Positions 20,182 through 30,462 are shown, counted from the stretch's first letter. The stretch is DNA of 64,000 nucleotides from an uncultured Acidobacteriota bacterium (GCA_963843575.1 CAWJKZ010000024.1:192001-256000); one strand, 5' to 3'. Numbers and translations are program-made. Notes: generated from the sequence alone by a model not told the origin.

Positions 20182-20282
20182 CGGATTTTTGAAAATTCGA
20201 GATTCTTCGAGTCTTGGAGCCTTCGAGGTGGGATTGGAATCCCCCTCGACGACCATTTCACCAGACGCATCGGAGGCACGCC

Positions 20283-22343
20283 ATGTTCCAGGTCGAATGC
20301 CCTAAATGTCAGGAGAAAAGCAAGTCCGGTTCGCGTTATTGCGGCAACTGCGGCGAACGCCTGCCGGGGTCGGAGATCAAGTGCGGCAACTGCGGTGCCG
20401 TCGTCGCGGGCGACAGGAAGTTCTGCGGGAACTGCGGCAAGCCCCTGGCCGAGAGCGAATCCCCGCTGCTGACCGGCAACCGCTGGGCGCGGCGCACCGA
20501 CGATTTCGCGACCAAGGTCGAGATCGACGACGTCGAAGGCTTCTTCAAGAAAGGGTTGATCGTCGAGGCGGGCACCAGGGCCATCTTCTTCGTCAACGGC
20601 GCGTACTCCGGCATCCTCGATCCCGGCAAATACGACATGGGCGGACTGCTTCAGCGCATCAAGAACGTCTTCAGCTCGAAGACGACCACCGCGGTCCTCG
20701 TCGATGCGGGAGACGCCGAACTCCAGTTCTCGCTCACCGACCTTCCGACGAAAGATCCTATCCGCCTTGCCGCCGAGTGCAGGATCGTCGTCCAGATGGA
20801 CAACCCCACCCAGTTTTTCGAAAACATGATGAAGGGCCGGCAGAACTATCCGCTCTCGCAGCTGAAGGGCTTCCTCGAGGAGGAACTGCGCAACTGCCTG
20901 CTCGAGTTCGTCGGCGCCAGGTCCGTCCAGGAACTGTCGACCAACCTCGCATTCAAGCAGCAGATGGAGCAGGGGATCGCGCAGCACCTCGCCAGGACGT
21001 TCGACCGGAAGGGGCTGTCGTTCATCCAGGCGCGCGTCTTCAACTTCCGGCACCCGCGCATGAACGCGCTGACCAGCAAGATGGAGGAGTACTGGTTGAA
21101 CGCCGAGGATCTCAAGGCCCGGCTGGCCGGACAGGACTCCACGGTGGGGCTGGAGCGGCGTCTGCTCGACCAGGAGACCGCCAAGGCGATCATGCAGCTC
21201 GAAGTCTACGAAGACCGGGCGCGGGTGCGCGACCGGATGCGCAAGGCGGTCGCGAGCGATCAGATGAACGAGATCACCAGCGCGGCCGAGATGGAGAAAT
21301 TCCTCCAGGGGATGGACAAGGAAAAGCTCCTGCGCGCCGACGAGATGCGTGACCTCGCCCAGACCTTCGCCGAGAAGGGCGAAGATCACGACGTCGCCCG
21401 CCGTCACGTGATCCAACGGCTGAGGGTCGAGCAGGAGATGGACCTCGCCCGGGCGGCGCTCGTGGGCAAGATCGGACTGCAGCGCACGGCCACCGATTCC
21501 ATCAGGGCCGAGGAGATGGCCCAGCTCGAGCACGAGCTCGTGGCGCAGCGCAAGGAAGTCGAACAGCGGCAGGCGCAGGAATGGGCGCTCGTCAAACAGC
21601 AGGTGGAGGCGCGGCGCCTGCAGACCGAGATGGACCTCGACCTGGACAGGCAGAGGAAGCTCTCCGATATCGAACTCGAGGAGAAAGGGGACCAGGCGGA
21701 CGTGCGCAGCGCCCTGGATGCCTTGAGAATCGTCAAAGAGCAGAAGGCCATGCGGAAGGAAGAAGCCGACGCCGACCTGGAGCGCCGGTTGAAAGAGGAG
21801 GCGGTGCGGCACCAGCAGGAGCTCGAGAGGGTCGACAAGCTCTCGACGCTTTCCACCGAGGCGCTGATCGCGCTCGGGCCCGCGGACCGGGCGCCTATTC
21901 TCGCAGAACTGCAGCGGTCGGAAAAGCTGAAGGGTTATTCGGCGGACCAGATCCTGGCGATGGCGGCCGAGAAAAACCCGGAGGTGGCGAAGGCATTCCA
22001 GGAGAAGTACCGGAACGCTTCGGCCGCAGACGTCGAGAAGGCCTACGAGCGGATGCTGGGGATGAAGGAGAGGAGCGAAACCGACTTCCACGCGTTCGCG
22101 GACAAGGCCATGCAGAGGATGCAGGAGATGTACAACCGCGGCATGGACACGCAGCGCGACACGAGCATGGCGGCGGCCCGGTCGGGCCAGCCCGAGACGA
22201 CCGTGATCACGCCCGGCTCCGGAGTCCTCCAGAGCAGCGGCGGGCAGCCCGTCCGCGAGGTGCGGGTGATGGTCTGCCCCGAGTGTCACCAGAAGGTCGC
22301 CGAAGGGAACAAGTTCTGCGACAACTGCGGTCACAAGTTCTGA
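20283..22343 (+). CDS. Double zinc ribbon + SPFH/Band-7 + long coiled coil + zinc ribbon protein
   Basis: RBS GGAGG, ATG 20283. Four N-terminal CxxC motifs; 'LIVEAGTRAIFFVNGAYSGILDPGKYD...LPTKDPIRL'; about 400 aa of coiled coil; C-terminal CPEC..FCDNCG. Confidence 0.8.
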   Translation: MFQVECPKCQEKSKSGSRYCGNCGERLPGSEIKCGNCGAVVAGDRKFCGNCGKPLAESESPLLTGNRWARRTDDFATKVEIDDVEGFFKKGLIVEAGTRAIFFVNGAYSGILDPGKYDMGGLLQRIKNVFSSKTTTAVLVDAGDAELQFSLTDLPTKDPIRLAAECRIVVQMDNPTQFFENMMKGRQNYPLSQLKGFLEEELRNCLLEFVGARSVQELSTNLAFKQQMEQGIAQHLARTFDRKGLSFIQARVFNFRHPRMNALTSKMEEYWLNAEDLKARLAGQDSTVGLERRLLDQETAKAIMQLEVYEDRARVRDRMRKAVASDQMNEITSAAEMEKFLQGMDKEKLLRADEMRDLAQTFAEKGEDHDVARRHVIQRLRVEQEMDLARAALVGKIGLQRTATDSIRAEEMAQLEHELVAQRKEVEQRQAQEWALVKQQVEARRLQTEMDLDLDRQRKLSDIELEEKGDQADVRSALDALRIVKEQKAMRKEEADADLERRLKEEAVRHQQELERVDKLSTLSTEALIALGPADRAPILAELQRSEKLKGYSADQILAMAAEKNPEVAKAFQEKYRNASAADVEKAYERMLGMKERSETDFHAFADKAMQRMQEMYNRGMDTQRDTSMAAARSGQPETTVITPGSGVLQSSGGQPVREVRVMVCPECHQKVAEGNKFCDNCGHKF

Positions 22344-22347
22344 GCGG

Positions 22348-22374
22348 AAAGCGGCGCCGAGGCGCCGCACTCCA
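22348..22374. repeat. REP-like family A single arm
   Basis: AAAGCGGCGCCGAGGCGCCGCACTCCA. Confidence 0.65.
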
Positions 22375-22386
22375 TAGGGGGCAGCC

Positions 22387-23751
22387 ATGGCTAGTTGGGT
22401 GTGTGGGAAGTGCAATACCGAGAATCGGGCCGAGGGGAACTTCTGCACGTCGTGCGGCGCGTCGCGTCGCGCTCAGGCGCCCCCCGCCCCGGCCGGCGCA
22501 GCGGACCAGGCGTCGAGCATCCTGGACAAGATCCGCGAGTCGCGGGCAAGCTCGTTCAAACACAGCCGGGCCTCGCTCGACCGTTTCTCGTCGGAGGTGG
22601 GGAAGCTCCCGGAGCTGGAGCTGGGGTTGCCCGACATCGGGCAGCTGCTCAAAACCGGGACGCCCGGCGCGGCGGGTGCTTCGGCAGGTGCGTCGCGCGC
22701 TCCTGCGATCGCCCGGGTCACGACCCGCGACCTGCAGGTGAAACACAATGCCCACCCGCGCCTGAACTACGCGATGGCGCACTGCGGGCTGCCGCTGATC
22801 CCGACGCTGGAGATCCGCAACAACGCGCGCGAGCCGGCGCAGGACGTATTGGTCAAGGCGTGGGTCGCGACCGACTACGGCGAACCGTGGCAGAAGACCA
22901 TCCCATCGATTGCGCCTGGGGAGGCGTACGTCGAGAAGGACATCTTCGTGCCGCTGCAGAAATCCCGGCTGCAGCAGGTCCGGGAGGCGGAACGGGCCAA
23001 CCTCAGGATCGACGTTTTCACCGAGGGCGAGGTGCAGGTGTCGGAGACCTTCCCGCTCGATGTGCTCGCGTACAACGAGTGGTACTACAGCGCGTACTTC
23101 CCTCAGACGGTCGCGAGCTTCATTCAGCCCAATTCGCCGGCCATCGAAAGGATCGTCTCGCTGGTGCGCGACCGCCTGAAGCGCGAGTACCGCGACACCG
23201 CGCTGGACGGCTATCAGTCCGACGACCCGAAAAAGATCCTGGAACGCCTCGAGGCGTTCTTCCTCGTCCTGCAGAAGGACCTGCAGATCACCTACATCAA
23301 CCCGCCGCCCAGCTTCGAAGGGGCCGAAACCCTCCCCGACGGCACCATGACGGTGTCGCAGAAGGTTTTTTTCCCCGAGCAGATCCTGGAGCACCGCCGC
23401 GGCACGTGCCTCGACCTGGCCCTCATGTGCGCCGCGTGCGTCGAACGTATGGGGCTGCACCCATTGTGGTTCATGATCCGCGGGCACGCGTTCTTCGGGA
23501 CGTGGCTGTACCAGAAGGCGCTCAAAGAGCCGGTCGTCACCGAACACGCGTTCGTGCAGAAACTGCTGACCGAGGGACTGTGGCTGCCGCTGAACTCGAC
23601 GACCTTCGCGCTCTCCCGCCCGATGCAATTCACGGACTGCGTCGCGGAGGCAACTTACTGTCTCAAGGATCCGGCACCGTTCATCTGCGCCGTCGACGTG
23701 CAGTCGGCACGGATGGGCGGCATCAAACCTATCCCCCCGGTGGTGGGATAG
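22387..23751 (+). CDS. RanBP2-type zinc finger + transglutaminase-like (Cys-His) domain protein
   Basis: WVCGKCNTENRAEGNFCTSC fits W-x-C-x2-C-x3-N-x6-C-x2-C; YINPPPSFE...SQKV; GTCLDLALMCAACVE; GHAFFGTW; LPLNST. Confidence 0.75.
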   Translation: MASWVCGKCNTENRAEGNFCTSCGASRRAQAPPAPAGAADQASSILDKIRESRASSFKHSRASLDRFSSEVGKLPELELGLPDIGQLLKTGTPGAAGASAGASRAPAIARVTTRDLQVKHNAHPRLNYAMAHCGLPLIPTLEIRNNAREPAQDVLVKAWVATDYGEPWQKTIPSIAPGEAYVEKDIFVPLQKSRLQQVREAERANLRIDVFTEGEVQVSETFPLDVLAYNEWYYSAYFPQTVASFIQPNSPAIERIVSLVRDRLKREYRDTALDGYQSDDPKKILERLEAFFLVLQKDLQITYINPPPSFEGAETLPDGTMTVSQKVFFPEQILEHRRGTCLDLALMCAACVERMGLHPLWFMIRGHAFFGTWLYQKALKEPVVTEHAFVQKLLTEGLWLPLNSTTFALSRPMQFTDCVAEATYCLKDPAPFICAVDVQSARMGGIKPIPPVVG

Positions 23752-23788
23752 GCAAGTACCGCAGGCTTTTCGATTGAGGTGAGCTGTC

Positions 23789-25444
23789 ATGACCGAGACG
23801 ACTCGCTATTGCCCGAATTGCGGAGAACCGTGCGGCTCCGAAGACCGCTTCTGCATGACCTGCAGGACAGAGTTGCGCGCCACAACAAATCCCCGTCCGG
23901 TGACCGTTTCCGGCACCGGGACTCCCTCCGGCACGGGCCATGCGGCCCGGTCGCCGATGGCCGACCCGCTCGGCGCGGCCCAGACCGAACTGGGGCTGCC
24001 GCTGAACACGGTCCTGCTCAACCGTTACCGCATCTCCAAGATGCTGGGCGCCGGCGGCATGGGTTGCGTCTACATGGCCGAGGATGAAAAACTCGGGATC
24101 CCCGTCGCCATCAAGGTTCTGCGCGACGTGCTCAGGCAGGATCCCGGGTCGGTGAGGCGACTGATCACCGAGGCGAAGGCCTCCATCCTGCTGTCGCACC
24201 CGAACATCGTCCGGCTGCACAATTTCGAGGACGCCGAGACGACGAAGTTCCTCGTCATGGAATTCGTCCAGGGCGAGACGCTGGCCGACAAGATCGCCCG
24301 GGAGGGAAAACTCGCGGAGGACGTCGTCAGGCGCATCGCCGTCGAGGTCTGCAAAGGGCTGGAGCACGCTCATTCCAAGAGGGTGATTCACCGCGACATG
24401 AAACCCGGGAACATCCTCCTCGGCAAGGACGGCTCGGTGAAGGTCGCAGATTTCGGCATTGCGCGGCTGTGCCGCGACTCGGTGTCGCGCCTGACGTCGC
24501 AGCACGACTCGGGGACGCTGATCTACATGTCCCCGGAGCAGCTCGACGGCGACAGCGGGGAATCGACCGACCTGTACTCGCTCGGGGCGGTGCTCTACGA
24601 GATGTTGTCCGGGGACCCGCCATTCGTTACGGGGGAAATCACGGCCCAGATCCGTCACAAGGTGCCGAAGGAGATACCCGGGGTCTCGGCGGAGATGAAT
24701 CGGATCGTCCTGAAGTGCCTGGAGAAGAAGCCGGAGAACCGGTTCGCCGGGTTGGCCCGGTTGCGCGAGACGTTGGAGGGCAAGGCCACGCAGACCGTCG
24801 GGACGCAGCCGGTCGGGCCGCCACCAGCGCAGCCGCCGGTCACGCCAACGGTGCGGCCCACCGAGCCGGTGGTTGCCCCACCTCCTCCGCCGCAACCACA
24901 GCTACCCCGGCCGAAGAAGTCGCGGTTGACGTTGTCCGTGGTATTGGGGGGCGCCGCGCTCCTCCTGGCCCTGATGGTGTACCTGTCGATCTTCGGAGCG
25001 TATCACGGCTCGGAAATCGGCGGAGGGGGAGGAGGAGGGAGCGGCGACGACGGCGGCTCCGTGCCACCCCCGCCCCGCATCGACATCTCGGGAGACTGGG
25101 GTTACACGGTCACGTCACCCGACGGCAGGTCTGTCCGCGGCCAGCTGCAGATCGCCGACAAGGGAGGCGAGGTGCGGCTCTATGCCGAGGCCGCGTACTC
25201 GATGATGTGGACCGACGGGCGCTTCCACCAGTTCATCGAGCGCAGCAACTGGGCCGGCCAGCTTGTCGACCGCAACCTGCAGGCGCAGACCGTTCAGGGG
25301 ACCGTGCTGATGGACGGGGTGCCGGTCCCCCCGATCGGGTTGCCCTGGAGTTTGAACCTCTCGGTCTCCCCCGGCGAACGCTACATGCAGGGGACCGTAG
25401 GGAACGCGATCGGCGGGGTCGCCAGCCTGTCCGCGCAGCGGTGA
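23789..25444 (+). CDS. Zinc ribbon + Hanks-type Ser/Thr kinase + TM + extracytoplasmic beta domain
   Basis: CPNC..FCMTC; LGAGGMGCVY, VAIKVL, HPNIV, HRDMKPGN, DFG, GTLIYMSPEQ; Pro-rich linker; TM (LSVVLGGAALLLALMVYLSIFG); 'DISGDW' domain start. Confidence 0.92.
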   Translation: MTETTRYCPNCGEPCGSEDRFCMTCRTELRATTNPRPVTVSGTGTPSGTGHAARSPMADPLGAAQTELGLPLNTVLLNRYRISKMLGAGGMGCVYMAEDEKLGIPVAIKVLRDVLRQDPGSVRRLITEAKASILLSHPNIVRLHNFEDAETTKFLVMEFVQGETLADKIAREGKLAEDVVRRIAVEVCKGLEHAHSKRVIHRDMKPGNILLGKDGSVKVADFGIARLCRDSVSRLTSQHDSGTLIYMSPEQLDGDSGESTDLYSLGAVLYEMLSGDPPFVTGEITAQIRHKVPKEIPGVSAEMNRIVLKCLEKKPENRFAGLARLRETLEGKATQTVGTQPVGPPPAQPPVTPTVRPTEPVVAPPPPPQPQLPRPKKSRLTLSVVLGGAALLLALMVYLSIFGAYHGSEIGGGGGGGSGDDGGSVPPPPRIDISGDWGYTVTSPDGRSVRGQLQIADKGGEVRLYAEAAYSMMWTDGRFHQFIERSNWAGQLVDRNLQAQTVQGTVLMDGVPVPPIGLPWSLNLSVSPGERYMQGTVGNAIGGVASLSAQR

Positions 25445-25446
25445 TG

Positions 25447-25550
25447 TGGAGTGCGGCGCCTCGTCGCCGGCCGTATGGAGTGCGGCGCCTGGGCGCCGAC
25501 GCCTCTGGCTAGGTTCGGCACAGGAAGGCAGGCGGCGCCGAGGCGCCGCC
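25447..25550. repeat. REP-like family A cluster between convergent genes
   Basis: Two TGGAGTGCGGCGCCT arms plus reverse arm GCGGCGCCGAGGCGCCGC. Confidence 0.7.
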
Positions 25551-25689
25551 GGGGAAAGTGGCGCCGGCCGTGGCCGCGGCCGGCGCCCGAAGCGAGCGGA
25601 GGAGAGCGGCGGCATGTTCGGCAGGGACTGACGCCCGCCAAATCCCTTGCCGGCCGCGCGCCGACGCTCCACTCACCCCATCCCAAAAT

Positions 25690-28600
25690 CTAACGATCGA
25701 ATATCTCCTGGAGCTCCTTTACCTCGTGGTTGTTCTGCTTCTTCAGCTCGAAATGCCATTTCCAGACCTCGTAGATCGCCGGATAGACCAGCAGCTCGAG
25801 CAGGAAGGAGGTGAAGACGCCGCCGATGAGGGGAGCGCCGATGCGCTTCATCACATCCGAGCCCGTGCCTGTGGCCCACAGGATCGGCACCAGGCCGATG
25901 AAGTCGGTGGCCACGGTCATGAACTTCGGGCGGATGCGCTTGACGGCGCCGTGCACGATGGCCTCGCGCAAGCCCGGCCAGCGTTCCCAGGCGGCCCTCC
26001 TTCTTCGCCTGTTCGTAGGCGAGGTCGAGGTACAGCAGCATGAAGACGCCGGTCTCGGCGTCCACGCCCAGCAGCGCGATCAGCCCGACCCACACCCCGA
26101 TGCTCATGTTGTAGCCGAGCAGGTACAGGAACCAGATCGCGCCGATGGCCGAAAACGGCACCGCCAGCACCACGATCAGGGTCTTGACGACGGAGCGGGT
26201 GTTGAGATAGAGCAGCAGCAGGATGAGGAAGGCCGGTGACGGGCAGCACCAGCCAGCAGGCGGTTGTTGACGCGTTCCATGGCCTCGTACTGGCCGCTCC
26301 AGGTGATGGCGAAGCCGGGAGGCAGGCTCACCTTGCCGCGGACAACTTCCTGGGCCTCGCGCACGTAGCTGCCGGGATCGCGGCCGGCCAGGTCCACGTA
26401 GACGTAGCCGGTGAGCAGCCCGTCCTCGTCGCGGATCATGCCGGGCCCCGACGCGGGCTTGATCTCGGCCAGTTCCGAGAGCGGGATCTGCGGCTTTCGC
26501 CGGCCGGGACGAGCACGCGCCCGAGGCGATTCCAGATCGGAGCGGAAATCGCGCATGTAGCGGACGTTGACCGGGTAGCGCGCGCGTCCCTCGACGGTGG
26601 TGGTGATGTTCTCGCCGCCGATGGCGTTCTGCACCGCCGCCTGCGCCTCTTCGATGGTCAGCCCGTAGCGCGCCAGGGCGTCGCGGTTCCATTCGAAATC
26701 GAGGAAATAGCCTTCGGCGGTCCGCTCGGAGAAGACGCTGCGGGTTCCCCGTACCGAGGGCAGCACCGCCTCGACCTGCGCGCCGATTTCCTGGATGGTC
26801 TCCAGGTCGTCGCCGTGGATCTTCAGGCCGACCGGGGTGCGCATGCCGGTGCTCAGCATGTCGATGCGGGCCTTGATGGGCATGGTCCAGGCGTTGGAGA
26901 CTCCGGGGAGCTTCACGGCGGCGTTCAGCTGATCGACGAGCTGCTCGGGCGACATGGTGTCGGGCGTGAAGTGCCGGAAGAGCGGCTTGAGCCACTCCGG
27001 CGACCACGAGGAATACCAGGTCGGCACCTTGCGCCACTCGGAGCGCGGCTTGAGGGTGATGACCGTCTCGAGCATCGACAGCGGCGCCGGATCGGTGGAG
27101 GTTTCGGCGCGGCCGGCCTTGCCCAGCACGCGGTCCACTTCCGGGAAGGTCTTGATGAGCCGGTCGGTGACCTGGAGGACGCGCTGGGCCTCGCCGATGG
27201 AGATGCCCGGCATGGTCGAGGGCATGTAGAACAGCGCCTCTTCGTACAGCGGCGGCATGAACTCGGAGCCGAGCGAGAAGAACACCGGGATGGTGACCGC
27301 GAACAGGACGACCGGCGCCGCGATCACGGCCCACTTGTGGCGCAGGGACCAGCGGCAGGCCGGCTCGTAGAGCCGGATGAGGACCCGGCTGACGGGGTGG
27401 TGGTCCTCGGAGTGGATGCGCCCGACGAACACGGCGTTGGCCGCCCTGGCCAGCCAGCGCGGCCGGAAGCTGAAGTTGCGCAGGTGAGTGAAGGTGAGCC
27501 GCAGCGCCGGGTCGAGCGTGATGGCCAGCACGGCGGCCACGATCATCCCGAGGGTCTTGGTGTAGGCCAGCGGCTTGAACAGCCGCCCTTCCTGCGCTTC
27601 CAGGGCGAACACGGGGATGAAGGAGACGGCGATCACCAGCAGGGCGAAGAAGCTCGTGCCGCCGACCTCCTTGACCGCCGCGATCACGACTTCCTTGTAG
27701 TCGCCGCGGCGCCCGGAGGCCTCCCAGGCCTCCAGCTTCTTGTGCGCCTGCTCCACCACCACGATGGAGGCGTCCACCATGGCGCCGATGGCGATGGCGA
27801 TGCCGCCGAGCGACATGATGTTGGCGGTGATGCCCATGGCGCGGAACGGGATGAAGGCGATCAGCACCGCGATCGGGATGGTGATCATCGGGATGAGCGC
27901 GCTGGGGATGTGCCACAGGAACAGCAGCACGATCAGCGACACGGTGATGATCACCTCGATGACGGTGGACTTCAGGGTGTCGATGGAGTGGTGGATCAGC
28001 TGCGGAGCGGTCGTAGATGGGGACGATCTTGACGCCGGCGGGAAGGCCGGGCTCGATCTGGCGGATCTTCTCCTTGACCCGGTCGATGACGTCGAGCGCG
28101 TTCTCGCCCTGGCGCATGACGATGATGCCGGAGACGGCTTCGCCGGTGCCGTCGAGGTCGGAGACGCCGCGCCGCATGTCGGGCCCGAGGGTCACCTGCC
28201 CGATGTCTTTCACGCGGATCGGGGTGCCGTTTTCGCTGGCGGAGACGACGACGCTCTCGATGTCGGCGACGGACCGGGCGTAGCCGCGGCCGCGGACCAT
28301 GTACTCGGCGCCGCCCAGCTCGATCATGCGGCCGCCGGTTTCGCTGTTGCTGCCGCGGATGGCGTCGACGACCTTGTTGATGGGGATGTTGTAGGCCTGG
28401 AGCCGGTTCGGGTCGACGTTGACCTGGTACTGCTTGCCGAAGCCGCCGATGGGCGCGACTTCGGCGACGCCGGGGACGGACTTGAGGTGGTAGCGCAGGT
28501 ACCAGTCCTGGAGCGAGCGCAGGTCGGCCAGGCTGTGCTTGCCCGACTTGTCCTCGAGCACGTACTGGTAGATCCAGCCGAGGCCGGTGGCGTCGGGGCC

Positions 28601-28984
28601 GAGTTCGGTCTTGGACCCTGCCGGCAGGGACTGCAGGACGCCGGAGAGGTACTCGAGCGTGCGGGTGCGCGCCCAGTAGATGTCGGTGCCGTCTTCGAAG
28701 ATGACGTAGACGAAGGAGTAGCCGAAGTCGGAGAAGCCGCGGACGGCCTTGACCTTGGGCGCGCCGAGCATGGCGGTGACGATCGGGTAGGTGACCTGGT
28801 CCTCGACGATGTCGGGGCTGCGGTCCCAGCGGGAGTAGACGATGACCTGGGTGTCGCTGAGGTCGGGGATGGCGTCGAGCGCGACGTTGTTCATCGACCA
28901 CCAGCCGTAGATGGCGGCTACGGCTACGAGGGTGAGGACGATGAGCCGGTTGCGCGCGGAGAAATCGATGATGCGCGAAATCAT
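25690..28984 (-). CDS. cusA: CusA/SilA-family heavy-metal RND efflux pump, frameshifted
   Basis: LDAIPDLSDTQVIV, LGPDATGLGW, ANIMSLGGIAIAIGAMVDASIVVVE; Met sites LFYMP, DPAPLSM, RIDMLSTG; KRIRPKFMT. Split over four track ORFs. Confidence 0.92.
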
Positions 28985-30462
28985 TCAGACGTGTGCGCCA
29001 TCCCGTTCATGTCCGGAGCCGCCATCTTCTTCTGGACATATTTCCCGGGATTCGCTTCAAAGCTCTTCTTGCACAGCTCGGAGCAGAAGTAGTAGGTCTC
29101 GCCTTCGTACTGGGTCTTGAAGACGTCCGGCGACTTCGGATCGACATCCATGCCGCAGACGAGGTCCTTTACGGTCTTCGGCTTCTCGCGTCGTCGCAGC
29201 AGCCGATGTCGCTCGGCGAGCTTCATGCGGCTTTCGGAATCGATCAGGAAGTTGCCGGAGACGACGATGCGCTCGCCCGGCTCGAGGCCGCTGCGTGATC
29301 TGGACGCGATCGCCGAGCCGCCACCCGGTTTCGACCAGCCGGGGTTCGAAGACCCCGTTCCCGCGTTCGACGTAGACGGTCTTCCTGCGGCCCGAGTCGA
29401 TCACGGCCTCGGCCGGCACCGTGATGGCCGCCGGCGTGTCCACCTGAGCTCGACATCCACGAACATGTCGGGCAACAGAACATTACCGGGATTGTCGAGT
29501 TCGAAGCGGGTTTTCAGGGTGCGCGTCTGCGGATCCAGCTGCGGCAGTGCGTCGCTCAGGCGCGCCTGAAATTCGCGGCCCTGGTACCGGACCGTGGCCA
29601 TGGCGCCCGGCTTCACGAACTCGCGGTCTTTCTCGAAGATGTCCGTCATCACCCAGACGTGGCCGATGTCGGCGATGCGATAGAACTCCGTGCCCTTGTC
29701 GAACCGCTGGGTCGGCGAGATGTTCCGCGTCAGCACGAAACCGGAGACCGGCGAGTAGATGTTGATCTGGGGCGAGGCCACGCGCGTCCGGTGGATTTCC
29801 TCGATCTGCAGGTCGCTCATGCCCAGGCCGCGCAGCGAGTCGATCGGGAACATCGGGTTCGCGCTCCCGGACGTCCTTATGGACGCCTGGGTGAAATCAG
29901 TCGTCTGCTTCGGCAGCGGGTCCTTCGAGGGGATGCTCAGCAGGAACAGCCGCTCTGTATACAGGAGGTCCTTCTGGTAGTAGGACGCGAGGAACTGGTT
30001 CTTCTTGACGAAGCGGCCGACGGTGTTCTGGCCGAGATCGACGATCCAGCCATCCGCCGCCGCAACGATGCGGTAAAGCCGCTGGTCGTCCACGGCTATG
30101 CGGCCCGGCACTCGCAGCATGTTGGAGGACGAATCGAGACGGACCTCGTCCGTGCGGACGCCGATCAGCTGTTGCCTTGCGGCGCCGATCTGAACCATCC
30201 CCGGAGTGTCGGGACTGTCCGGATTGGGCTTGTGGTCCGGTTTCGCCGGCATCCGCCGGTTCCAGGCGCATGCCGCAGATGGGGCAGTCCCCGGCGTCGG
30301 TCGGATCTGTATTGGGGATGCATGGGGCAGGTGTAAGCGACAGCCTGCTCACGCGAAGCTGAAGACAGTGGCGGGATCTTCTTGCCGGTTGGCCAAATAT
30401 CCGGCAAAAAAGATGCCGATCGCCACGAAGAGAGCGGTCATAAATCTTGCGGGCGTCGTCAT
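28981..30462 (-). CDS. cusB: CusB-like RND periplasmic adaptor with heavy-metal-binding and C-terminal YHS domains, frameshifted
   Basis: RBS GAGGAG and ATG at 30462; YTCPMHP...CPICGM.L; QQLIGVRT; TRTLKTRFELDNP; FEPRLVETG; KDLVCGMDV...YYFCSELCKKSFEANPGKY. Confidence 0.85.

Noticed and set aside
13039-23790. Long antisense ORFs (13039..14982, 15660..18080, 20061..22448, 22207..23790)
   Set aside because: These are shadow frames of high-GC coding genes with no recognisable motifs.
11690-25444. ESCRT-like cluster as archaeal or eukaryotic contamination
   Set aside because: GC and codon style match the flanks, ribosome-binding sites are bacterial-type, and the host's own REP families occur inside it (13163, 18545, 22348). 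Read mapping would still be the decisive test.
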